This document shows, one piece after another, positions 19,872 through 28,963 of a stretch of 64,000 nucleotides of DNA (positions are counted from its first letter, which is position 1; every line of letters begins with the position of its first letter). Position numbers and translations under genes: made by a program. Source of the DNA: a virus; the IMG/VR virus record IMGVR_UViG_3300032236_000656, positions 8,694 to 72,693 of that record. One strand, given 5' to 3'. Under the pieces are notes generated by a model. That model ran no database searches. It was not told the DNA's origin and saw nothing but the letters and a program-made list of their open reading frames with translations.

Positions 19872-20408
19872 ATGTTTTGGTCTACTAAAAATTCAACAGT
19901 TTATAGTTATCCTAGCCCCAATATAGCATCACCTTCTACTGTTACTGTTACAGGAGGGGGCGGTGGCGGTTCATCCGGAATAGTTGCTATCCCAGCATCC
20001 AGTATAGTCAACACTGCTACTGGCAGTACAGGACTTTCAGGACAATATTTAGGTACAAGTGGATGGACTTCAGTCGTTTCTTCATCATCTAATCTTTCAC
20101 AAGGCAGTATTACAATATCAGGTAATATTGTTTTAGATAATGATGTTGCAATAATTAATACCAAAAAGCATAAAATTGACATCGATAAGGTATACGAAAA
20201 TTTACAGATCATAAACGAAATGTTTCATGTCATTGTACCAGATTTCAATAAATTCGAAAAGCATCCTACATTAATGGATGCATTTGTGCAATATGATAGT
20301 GCAAAACATATAGAACCACGCTATAATAGCGAAGAATTCAAAGCAGCATATCATCAATTTAAGTTGCTAGAAGCATTACTAACAGAGGAAAAAAATGACA
20401 ACTCGTAA
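19872..20408 (+). CDS. Hypothetical protein
   Basis: Ser/Gly/Thr-rich N-terminus; HPTLMDAF segment. Confidence 0.6.
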   Translation: MFWSTKNSTVYSYPSPNIASPSTVTVTGGGGGGSSGIVAIPASSIVNTATGSTGLSGQYLGTSGWTSVVSSSSNLSQGSITISGNIVLDNDVAIINTKKHKIDIDKVYENLQIINEMFHVIVPDFNKFEKHPTLMDAFVQYDSAKHIEPRYNSEEFKAAYHQFKLLEALLTEEKNDNS

Positions 20409-20667
20409 TTTTAACGCAGAAGAAAAGGCCAAGTTGAAGAATCTCATCAGCGAGAGTTCAACAGTTATGACCGAAGTTGAAACATTAACTGAGGGCCTAA
20501 ATGATACCATTAAGCACATTGCTGAAGAAATGGAAATTAAGCCAAGTTTGCTTAAGCGAGCAATTAAGATGGCACAGAAGCGCGATTATGATCGTGTGCG
20601 TGATGATCTTGATATGATTGAAAGCATCTTAAACAGCACAGATAATCTACGTCACGAGGACGAATAA
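20395..20667 (+). CDS. dsDNA-binding protein, T4 DsbA/GapR-like
   Basis: 90-aa helical protein; size and pattern resemble T4 DsbA; lies upstream of the polymerase. Confidence 0.5.
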   Translation: MTTRNFNAEEKAKLKNLISESSTVMTEVETLTEGLNDTIKHIAEEMEIKPSLLKRAIKMAQKRDYDRVRDDLDMIESILNSTDNLRHEDE

Positions 20668-20680
20668 GTACACACAGGTC

Positions 20681-20731
20681 GCCGACCTTATTCGGCATGT
20701 AGCGGCAATGCTGGCCCTAAGCAGCGAAGGA
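20681..20731 (+). promoter_or_regulatory. Structured 5' leader of the DNA polymerase gene
   Basis: Two GC-rich hairpins immediately before SD AAGGA. Confidence 0.45.
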
Positions 20732-20737
20732 ATGTAA

Positions 20738-23386
20738 ATGTACGTAGATGCTATCATTGATAGAGAGAAAGAGCGTATCCATGTTGTGGAACGTCGAGAT
20801 GGTAAAAGAGTTTATCATGATTATCCAGCAAACTATGTGTTCTATTACCCCGACGAGCGCGGCAAGTTCCGCACTCTTTGGGGAGAACCATGCCAGCGAG
20901 TAAGCACTCGTAGTAGCAAAGAATTCCGTAAGGAAATGTCTGCTTTTAAAGGAAAGCAAATATACGAAAGTGATATTAATCCAATCTTTCGTTGTTTAGC
21001 AGACAATTATCTTGGACAAGATGCTCCAGAACTAAACACTGCATTTTTCGATATCGAGACGGACTTTGATAAGGTCCGTGGATACAGCAGTCCCGAAGAT
21101 CCTTTTACAAAAGTTACCGCAGTAACAGTATATCTCAATTGGCTAGATCAGTTGATTACACTGTGTATGCGTCCGCCTACACTTTCAATTGAAGAAGCAC
21201 AAGCAATTTGTAACAGTATCCCAAATTGTTTTCTATTTGAAAATGAAGCAGACTTATTGACAACATTTATGGATTTAATTGAAGATGCTGATATACTAAG
21301 CGGTTGGAACAGCGAAGGCTTTGATATTCCTTACATGATCAATCGTACTTCTAGGGTATTAAGCAAAGATGATACACGTCGCTATTGTCTTTGGGGACAG
21401 ATGCCAAAAGATAGGACATACGAGAAGTTTGGACTAGAACGTCAAACTTTTGATCTTGTTGGCAGAGTTCACATGGATTATATGAACCTCTATCGCAAAT
21501 ATACCTATGAAGAACGTCATAGTTATGCACTGGATGCCATTGGCGAATACGAACTAAATGAACGTAAGATTCCATATGAAGGTTCACTGGATCAGTTATA
21601 CAACGATGACTTTAAAAAGTTTCTCGAATATAACAGACAGGATACTGCACTGTTGGATAAGTTGGATAAGAAGTTAAAGTTTCTTGATCTTGCAAACGAA
21701 CTTGCTCATGCCAATACTGTGTTGCTACAAACAACAATGGGTGCTGTGGCTGTGACTGAGCAAGCAATTATCAATGCTGCTCATGCTCGTGGAATGGTTG
21801 TGCCAACACGTAAAGGATATAGCGATGATAATCAAGCAGCAGGCGCTTATGTTGCATATCCTAAGAAAGGTATTCATGAGTGGATCGGTGCAATTGATAT
21901 TAATTCACTTTATCCCTCAGCCATTCGTGCATTGAATATGAGTGTTGAAACTATCATTGGACAGTTACGTCCTGTGATGACTGATCAATATATCAAAGAC
22001 AAGATGGCACGTGGTAAGACGTTTGCTGATGCATGGGAAGGTATGTTTGGTACACTTGAATATACCGCAGTTATGAATCAAGAAATTGGTACTGAGATTA
22101 CAATTGATTGGGAGGATGGCGACAGTGAAACGTATAGCGCAGCGCAGATATACAGGATGGTCTTTGATTCGAACCAAACATGGAGTCTTAGCGCCAACGG
22201 GACGCTGTTCACTCTTGACAGACAGGGTGTCGTTCCAGGCCTGCTTGAACAATGGTACAAAGAGCGTCAGGAACTCCAGGCCAAAAAGAAAGAATCCAAA
22301 GATGCTAAAGAAGCAGCCTTTTGGGACAAACGACAGTTAGTCAAGAAGATTAATCTAAATAGTCTATATGGAGCAATTTTGAATCCAGGCTGTAGATTCT
22401 TCGATAAACGTATTGGACAAAGCACTACACTAAGTGGTCGTGTTATTGCTCGTCATATGGACGCTACTGTTAATGAATGTCTAACAGGTGAATATGATTA
22501 TATTGGTAAGGCTGTAATATATGGCGATACTGATTCTGTTTATTTCAGTGCGTGGCCAGTTGTTAAGGATGATGTTGCTGCTGGACTTATGGAATGGAAC
22601 AGTGATATCTGTATTAATCTATATGATCAGATTGCCGAACAAGTTAACATTAGTTTCCCTCCATTCATGGAAAAAGCATTTCATGTACCAACTGAAAATG
22701 GTAAGATCATTAAAGGTGGCAGAGAACTTGTTGCCAGTAAGAGTTTGTTTATTACTAAGAAGCGTTATGCTGCATTGATTATTGATCTTGAAGGCAAGCG
22801 TTTGGATCGTGAAGGCAAGACTGGCAAGATCAAAGCAATGGGTCTCGATCTTAAACGCAGTGATACCCCAAAAGTAGTTCAAGACTTCTTAAGCAGTATT
22901 TTACAGCAAGTACTAGAAGGCGGCACAAGAGACGATGTTATTGTTTCAATTAAGAAGTTTAAAGAAGAATTTAAACTACGTCCAGCATGGGAGAAAGGTA
23001 CTCCAAAGCGTGTTAATAAACTAACATATTATGGTGATCTTGAAACTAAGAATGGCAAAGCAAATATGCCAGGGCATGTTCGTGCTGCAATTAACTGGAA
23101 TAATATGCTTCGTATGCATGGCGATAATCGTAGTATGAAGATCACCGATGGAATGAAAGCAATTGTATGTAAGTTACGTTCAAATCCATTAGGTATGACT
23201 AGTATTGCATATCCAACTGATGAGCAGCGTTTACCACAGTGGTTTAAAGATATGCCATTTGATAACGGATTAATGGAAGAAACTATTATAACGCAAAAAG
23301 TAGAAAATCTACTGGGAGTGTTAGAATGGGATCTTGCAAGTAATACTAACATTAACAATACTTTTGAATCATTATTCACTTTTTAA
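20738..23386 (+). CDS. DNA polymerase family B
   Basis: Exo FDIETD and GWNSEGFDIPY; pol DINSLYPS, KINLNSLYG, YGDTDS, KKRY. Confidence 0.97.
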   Translation: MYVDAIIDREKERIHVVERRDGKRVYHDYPANYVFYYPDERGKFRTLWGEPCQRVSTRSSKEFRKEMSAFKGKQIYESDINPIFRCLADNYLGQDAPELNTAFFDIETDFDKVRGYSSPEDPFTKVTAVTVYLNWLDQLITLCMRPPTLSIEEAQAICNSIPNCFLFENEADLLTTFMDLIEDADILSGWNSEGFDIPYMINRTSRVLSKDDTRRYCLWGQMPKDRTYEKFGLERQTFDLVGRVHMDYMNLYRKYTYEERHSYALDAIGEYELNERKIPYEGSLDQLYNDDFKKFLEYNRQDTALLDKLDKKLKFLDLANELAHANTVLLQTTMGAVAVTEQAIINAAHARGMVVPTRKGYSDDNQAAGAYVAYPKKGIHEWIGAIDINSLYPSAIRALNMSVETIIGQLRPVMTDQYIKDKMARGKTFADAWEGMFGTLEYTAVMNQEIGTEITIDWEDGDSETYSAAQIYRMVFDSNQTWSLSANGTLFTLDRQGVVPGLLEQWYKERQELQAKKKESKDAKEAAFWDKRQLVKKINLNSLYGAILNPGCRFFDKRIGQSTTLSGRVIARHMDATVNECLTGEYDYIGKAVIYGDTDSVYFSAWPVVKDDVAAGLMEWNSDICINLYDQIAEQVNISFPPFMEKAFHVPTENGKIIKGGRELVASKSLFITKKRYAALIIDLEGKRLDREGKTGKIKAMGLDLKRSDTPKVVQDFLSSILQQVLEGGTRDDVIVSIKKFKEEFKLRPAWEKGTPKRVNKLTYYGDLETKNGKANMPGHVRAAINWNNMLRMHGDNRSMKITDGMKAIVCKLRSNPLGMTSIAYPTDEQRLPQWFKDMPFDNGLMEETIITQKVENLLGVLEWDLASNTNINNTFESLFTF

Positions 23387-23397
23387 AAGGAACAATT

Positions 23398-24237
23398 ATG
23401 GACGTAGTTGAATTAGCAAAATTAAAGGATTATATAGAAAACTCTATTATCCTAACTAAGGATACAGAGAATAGTAAAATTGCAAATATGCTATTGCCTA
23501 TATTGTCTGAAGTTAAAAGTAAAGTACAGGTAAAATTAGATGAAATTAATATTGCTGCTGAAAGTTTAAAACAACGTAGAATTAGATTGCCGGGTCCAAA
23601 TCGACTACAATTCTTTAAGAGTCATGATTACAATCCAGCAGAAGTTGAATTTTTCAATAATATCTTATCTGGATTTTCGGGTTGGAATTATCCTGGATTA
23701 GTTTTATTTCCTGGTGTTGGGCACGTTCTAAATAGTATGGTAAGTTCCGAACCACTGTACATTGCAGATACTTGTGATGAGGTTTTGCAGCATTGTGCAG
23801 GAACATTCAACGAACATTATAGTACTAAAAGATTGATGCAATATAGAATATCTAAGTATGATTTATCTCCGCTCCCACAAGAAGCATTTGGATTAGTAAC
23901 CAGTGTCAATTGGACAGTGTTTGAAAGTTTAGATGGTCTGAGTGAAATTGCCGATAGTGTTTACGAGTTGTTATTGCCAGGAGGCATTTATCTCTTTAAC
24001 TATAATCCTTTGGACAAGTATTGGGGAGTGGAACAGAATACAAAACAACTTGGATACGGTGCATTGACTGAAGATTTAATTGAGAATTTAATATCAATTG
24101 GATTTGAAATTGAAAAAGTAAACAAGCAACCTCATAAAATGGCTTATGTTATCTGTAAGAAAGCAGGTACGTTGGATTCACCAAAATTAACAAGCATACT
24201 TGCGAAAATTATTGCAACCGATGAAGAATTACTATAA
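23398..24237 (+). CDS. Class I SAM-dependent methyltransferase-like protein
   Basis: LVLFPGVG (motif I-like) and LLLPGGIYLFNY. Confidence 0.5.
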   Translation: MDVVELAKLKDYIENSIILTKDTENSKIANMLLPILSEVKSKVQVKLDEINIAAESLKQRRIRLPGPNRLQFFKSHDYNPAEVEFFNNILSGFSGWNYPGLVLFPGVGHVLNSMVSSEPLYIADTCDEVLQHCAGTFNEHYSTKRLMQYRISKYDLSPLPQEAFGLVTSVNWTVFESLDGLSEIADSVYELLLPGGIYLFNYNPLDKYWGVEQNTKQLGYGALTEDLIENLISIGFEIEKVNKQPHKMAYVICKKAGTLDSPKLTSILAKIIATDEELL

Positions 24238-24263
24238 AATATAACAATATAAAAGGACAAAAT

Positions 24264-24992
24264 ATGAAAGATTTTCTATTAGACATAGTGTCGCATACAT
24301 TACCATTGAATATTTCCCTTGTTAAGATCACAGGAGATGATAATAGCACTGTTGTTGAAGCAGCAGCAGATGATAAGAGTGTTATTCTAAAGGGTACGTT
24401 TAAGACTGCTAATCCTGCGTTCAAGGGAGTTTTTGGTATGCCAAATATTCCAAAGTTGAATACTATTCTAAATATTCCAGAATATAACGAAAATGCACAG
24501 ATCAAGTTAGAGACTCAAGATCGTAATGGAGAAATTATTCCTAGCGGACTTGAATTTGAAAATGCTTCTGGAGATTTTAAGAACTATTATCGTTTCATGG
24601 GCACTGAAATGGTAAATGAAAAGTTAAAGAGCATGAAGTTTAAGGGTGTAAATTGGCAGACAGAGTTTGAACCTTCAGTTGCCAGCATACAGCGTTTTAA
24701 GTTTCAAGCAAACGCAAACAACGGCGAAACAGTATTCATTGCAAAGATTGAGAACAATCAACTAAAGTTCTACTTTGGAGATCATAGCACAAACACTGGT
24801 AGTTTTGTCTTTCATTCGAATGTAAGCGGAAATATTACTAAGACATGGTACTGGCCAATTGCACAGTTTCAAAGCATACTAAATCTGTATGGCGATAAGA
24901 CTGTATACTTCAGTGACGAAGGCGCAACTCAAATTACAGTTGATAGCGGTCTTGTTGTATACGAATATATTTTGCCAGCACAGAGCAAGTAA
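24264..24992 (+). CDS. Putative sliding clamp
   Basis: ~240 aa beta-rich protein near the polymerase; C-terminal YEYILPA typical of clamps. Confidence 0.55.
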   Translation: MKDFLLDIVSHTLPLNISLVKITGDDNSTVVEAAADDKSVILKGTFKTANPAFKGVFGMPNIPKLNTILNIPEYNENAQIKLETQDRNGEIIPSGLEFENASGDFKNYYRFMGTEMVNEKLKSMKFKGVNWQTEFEPSVASIQRFKFQANANNGETVFIAKIENNQLKFYFGDHSTNTGSFVFHSNVSGNITKTWYWPIAQFQSILNLYGDKTVYFSDEGATQITVDSGLVVYEYILPAQSK

Positions 24993-25000
24993 GGAAGAAA

Positions 25001-26557
25001 ATGATACCTCAGGATAATATGGCATTACGGCAAAAAGATTATGCAGTCTTTTTGCCAGCATTGAGTAGTTTCTATACTTTTCAAATTTGTAAGTATGGGA
25101 AGAAGATGCAAGCAAGTCGCATACCACAATCAATGCAAAATGGTATTAGGGGATTAGATTTTTTAGATCCTAATATCAGTTATTTCTATTATCCTTGGTG
25201 TCTATATTCTGCAGGACATGCTATTCTAGATGTGCGGCCAGAAGAAAAAGAAGAAATGGTTCGCAATCGTGATCCAAATAGTTTTGTCTTAGGAGATAGT
25301 GGTGGTTTCCAAATTGGTAAGGGAGTGTGGGAAGGTGATTGGCGTGATCCTAACTGTCCCAAAGCACATGCTAAACGTGATGGTGTTCTTCGTTGGATGG
25401 ATGCTTACATGGATTATGGCATGGTGCTTGATATTCCTGCTTGGGTCGCTCGCAGTCCTGCAGGGGCTAAAGCAACAGGTATTAGCACTTATGCGGAAGC
25501 AGTAAAAGGTACTCGTATTAATAATGAATACTGGATGAAGCATCGCACAGGTCGTTGTAAGTTCCTAAACGTACTACAGGGCGAGAATCATACTGAAGCA
25601 GATGATTGGTACAATCAGATGAAGGACTTTAATGATCCTAAACTGTATCCAGGCACACACTTTAATGGGTGGGCAATGGGTGGGCAGAATATGTGTGATA
25701 TTCATCTTGTTCTTCGCCGTATTGTACAGATGATTCGTGATGGCTTACTTGAAAAGGGCACACATGATTGGATGCATTTTCTTGGCACAAGTAAGTTAGA
25801 ATGGGCTACCTTATTAACAGATGTTCAACGTGCTGTTCGTAAATACCATAATGAGAACTTTACTATTAGTTTTGATTGTGCAAGTCCATTCATGGCTAAT
25901 GCTAAAGGTCTCGTTTACGATCACTTAAGGATAGAGCATGAGTCAAAATGGACGTATAGCATGGCTGCTGGGATCGACAACAAAAAGTATGCAACAGACA
26001 CTAGGTTATATGGAGATGTGGCTCGCAGTGATGGTATTATCCCTTCCTTTATGGATAGCCATATATCTAAGCATATCACAGTAAACGACGTTTGTTGCTA
26101 TAAGCCTGGCGATCTTAATATGATTGGCAAGGAAGGAAAGACATCTTGGGATAGTTTCAGTTATGCTATCCAGATGGCGCATAATGCTTGGATGCATATA
26201 AATGCAGTACTAACAGCCAATGAGCAATATGATTTGGGTGTCGTTCCTGGAATGTTGATCAGCAAGAACACTGGCATTAGATTCCGTGAACTAGTGGATG
26301 AGGTCATCAAAAATGCTGCCAATCAACGTAGTTTAGACCTCATTGAAGAACATAACAAGTTTTGGCTTGATATTATTGGACAAAGAGGCTATACTGGTAA
26401 AAAGACTATCAATGCCAGTACAATGCATAAAAAACATTTCGAAGAAATTGAAAATGCAAATAAAGATGCTATACTTTTAAGTAAGCCTGAAAAGAAAGCA
26501 GTAGTCAAAGTTGATGATGAGCATTTTAATGCTTTGTTTGAACCTGGAGATGTTTAG
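25001..26557 (+). CDS. dpdA: DpdA-like DNA guanine transglycosylase (TGT fold)
   Basis: GDSGGFQ, MVLDIP, NVLQG, GWAMGG, HFLG, SFD motifs in TGT order; folE/queD/queE nearby. Confidence 0.8.
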   Translation: MIPQDNMALRQKDYAVFLPALSSFYTFQICKYGKKMQASRIPQSMQNGIRGLDFLDPNISYFYYPWCLYSAGHAILDVRPEEKEEMVRNRDPNSFVLGDSGGFQIGKGVWEGDWRDPNCPKAHAKRDGVLRWMDAYMDYGMVLDIPAWVARSPAGAKATGISTYAEAVKGTRINNEYWMKHRTGRCKFLNVLQGENHTEADDWYNQMKDFNDPKLYPGTHFNGWAMGGQNMCDIHLVLRRIVQMIRDGLLEKGTHDWMHFLGTSKLEWATLLTDVQRAVRKYHNENFTISFDCASPFMANAKGLVYDHLRIEHESKWTYSMAAGIDNKKYATDTRLYGDVARSDGIIPSFMDSHISKHITVNDVCCYKPGDLNMIGKEGKTSWDSFSYAIQMAHNAWMHINAVLTANEQYDLGVVPGMLISKNTGIRFRELVDEVIKNAANQRSLDLIEEHNKFWLDIIGQRGYTGKKTINASTMHKKHFEEIENANKDAILLSKPEKKAVVKVDDEHFNALFEPGDV

Positions 26558-27445
26558 TTGAAAAGTTTAATTATTGGTATGGGAATTGGAGAACTTTATA
26601 AAGAAGTTCTCACAGATTTGAAGCATGAAGTTGTTACAGTAGATACTTTTCGTCCTGCTGATTTTAAAAGTGTTGGTTTAGCATTAGACATTCATCCTCG
26701 TTTCGATGCTGCATTTATCTGCACTCCAAATCATACACATGAACAAATGGCCTACTTTGTTGCAGAACATAGTAAAATTGTCTTTGTTGAAAAGCCAGGT
26801 GTTAAGACAGCACACGATTGGCAGATCATGGTTGATTCCTGTCCTGAAACAAAGTTCATTATGGTAAAGAATAATCAATATCGTGAAGAATTACATTTTT
26901 TTAAAGAATTGAATAAACTTAGTACTAATGTAAAAATTAACTGGATCAATTATAATCGTGTCCCAAATCCAGGCAGTTGGTTTACCAATAGTCATTATAG
27001 TTTTGGAGGTGTCAGTAAAGATTTAATGCCGCACTTGCTCAGTTGGGTAGCAGTATTAAACCCTACAGCATATCAAGACTCTAATGTTCTAAAATTTAAT
27101 AGAGAACGTCGTTGGACTTTAGATGATTTAAAGAATACAACATATGGTACTGTTAATGCAGATGGGCTATATGATGTAGATGATTATGCCAATATTGATT
27201 TAAAAGTTGGTAAGGTACATTATAGTCTGACTGCTAATTGGCGCAGTTTAGAACAAGATGATCAGAGTATTAGTTTTATTGGTGATCGTGAGCGACGATT
27301 TGAACTTGGACTGTGCCCGGTTTCAGCATATAAAAAGATGATTGAAACAGCATTTGAAAATATTGGTAACAGTGAATGGTGGAAGGATCAACTTGAACAG
27401 GATCTTTGGATACACAATATGTTAGGACCATATGATGAGAAGTAG
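26558..27445 (+). CDS. Gfo/Idh/MocA NAD-dependent oxidoreductase
   Basis: IIGMGIG Rossmann start, ICTPNHTH, VFVEKP, GGVSKDLMPH. Confidence 0.85.
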   Translation: MKSLIIGMGIGELYKEVLTDLKHEVVTVDTFRPADFKSVGLALDIHPRFDAAFICTPNHTHEQMAYFVAEHSKIVFVEKPGVKTAHDWQIMVDSCPETKFIMVKNNQYREELHFFKELNKLSTNVKINWINYNRVPNPGSWFTNSHYSFGGVSKDLMPHLLSWVAVLNPTAYQDSNVLKFNRERRWTLDDLKNTTYGTVNADGLYDVDDYANIDLKVGKVHYSLTANWRSLEQDDQSISFIGDRERRFELGLCPVSAYKKMIETAFENIGNSEWWKDQLEQDLWIHNMLGPYDEK

Positions 27446-28349
27446 AATCCTATATACAGCAGGCGATGAAAAGTTCATCGAAACCCTATGGGATAAACCC
27501 GAGCCTGATGAAAATGAGATTGAAGTTAAGGCTGTTATGACAGGCATCTGTCGTAGTGATATTGACATGATGCAGGGTAACTTTGGTCCGCTGCCTATTC
27601 ATATGCAAGGGCACGAAGGCTTAGGCATTGTTACTAAGGTTGGCTCAAAAGTTAACCGTCCAGGGTTAGAAAATGTAGCAGTGGGAGACTTTGTAGCAAC
27701 TCGTGGTGAGCCAGCATATAGTGATTACTATAATGTTCGTAGATATGAATTTGTAGTTGTGCCAGAACTTGATCCCAAGTGGATTATTGAACCTATTGCT
27801 TGTGGAATTAATGTTGCCACGGAAGGGTTCCCTACATATAATACAGAGAACAAGCGTCTGTTGATTTTAGGTTCAGGTTTTCTATCTTGGATTGTTTTTC
27901 AAACCATGCTGATACATTCATATGATGGTGCCATCACTGTAGTTGGCAACAGCAATCGTCATCTTTGGCAAGATCATATTGAATTATCTAAAGAGCCTAC
28001 AGGACAGTATGATGTTGTCATTGATCTCAAGCAGGATGATACAGTATTCACAAAAGATGTACTGAAGAATAATGCCACAGTTGTGCTGGCAGCAGAGAAG
28101 CATCCTGCTGTAACTACTTCATTTGCCAATCTACTTTGGAAGAATTGCACAATAATATGCCCAAGTCCTCGTAATGATGAGTTCTATACTTCAATGACTA
28201 TGGCAGTATCTTACATTCAAAATTGCGGATTGAAGGTTGACGGGCTATGGACTAGGGGTTATAATCGTAATACAGAATGGCAACAGGCGTTTGAAGATGG
28301 TCGAACACGCCCAGCAGGATACAGCAGAGGATATTTGATATGGGATTAG
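27432..28349 (+). CDS. Zn-dependent medium-chain dehydrogenase
   Basis: GICRSD, GHEGLG, IEPIAC, ILGSG. Confidence 0.85.
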   Translation: MMRSRILYTAGDEKFIETLWDKPEPDENEIEVKAVMTGICRSDIDMMQGNFGPLPIHMQGHEGLGIVTKVGSKVNRPGLENVAVGDFVATRGEPAYSDYYNVRRYEFVVVPELDPKWIIEPIACGINVATEGFPTYNTENKRLLILGSGFLSWIVFQTMLIHSYDGAITVVGNSNRHLWQDHIELSKEPTGQYDVVIDLKQDDTVFTKDVLKNNATVVLAAEKHPAVTTSFANLLWKNCTIICPSPRNDEFYTSMTMAVSYIQNCGLKVDGLWTRGYNRNTEWQQAFEDGRTRPAGYSRGYLIWD

Positions 28350-28861
28350 ACACACTACAACGTCAAAATGTGACGTATTTTACCGGCTATGAAGTAGAGC
28401 ATACTATTTGCTATGGTAAGTTTACACTATTTGTTGTAGGCACTCCTCTTGTTGAAGAGATATTGGCTAAGGCAAAAGAGGCAGGAGTAGATCATATCTA
28501 TTTTGGCACAAGTCAAAGTTTCCCTGACATTGGCGTAAATGATGCTGAGGAATGGAATAAGTGGGAGCGGACTATTAAGGCTTGTTTAGATGAAGATTTT
28601 TGGTGTACATTGGATCTTGATGTTAAGCAAGCAGAAGGTTTAATTGAATCTGGATTATGCGAGCATGATCGCTTTGTTCCTATGCTCAGTGTCAAGTTGC
28701 CATATATCAAACAGTTCAACTATAATGCTACGTTGAAGATCGATGATCTAACTTGGGGCAAGACCAATTCAGGTGTTTGGACACATCAACTACATGATCT
28801 TATGGCCAAAGACAATTATACATATTGGGATCAATATACTAAAGATACAGTAATTAAGTAG
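28340..28861 (+). CDS. Hypothetical protein in the modification cluster
   Basis: Coupled ORF; GYEVEHT and HIYFG motifs. Confidence 0.65.
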   Translation: MGLDTLQRQNVTYFTGYEVEHTICYGKFTLFVVGTPLVEEILAKAKEAGVDHIYFGTSQSFPDIGVNDAEEWNKWERTIKACLDEDFWCTLDLDVKQAEGLIESGLCEHDRFVPMLSVKLPYIKQFNYNATLKIDDLTWGKTNSGVWTHQLHDLMAKDNYTYWDQYTKDTVIK

Positions 28862-28963
28862 ATATATTCCCACAAACCGTTATACGCAAAGCAATAAATA
28901 GTAACAGTAGCGTTTCAATTAATCATAGTATTTCGACGAATTTAATCAATTTGGAGAGATATA

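Noticed and set aside
19852-19880. sigma70 promoter at TTGACA 19852
   Set aside because: No -10 at a proper spacing; the hexamer lies within a hairpin
20738-23386. Intein or intron in the DNA polymerase
   Set aside because: 882-aa ORF is continuous with normal motif spacing
25001-26557. Ordinary tRNA-guanine transglycosylase for queuosine
   Set aside because: Much longer and divergent, lacks the C-terminal CxCxxC Zn motif, and sits next to replication genes; a DNA-acting DpdA fits better, though this is unproven
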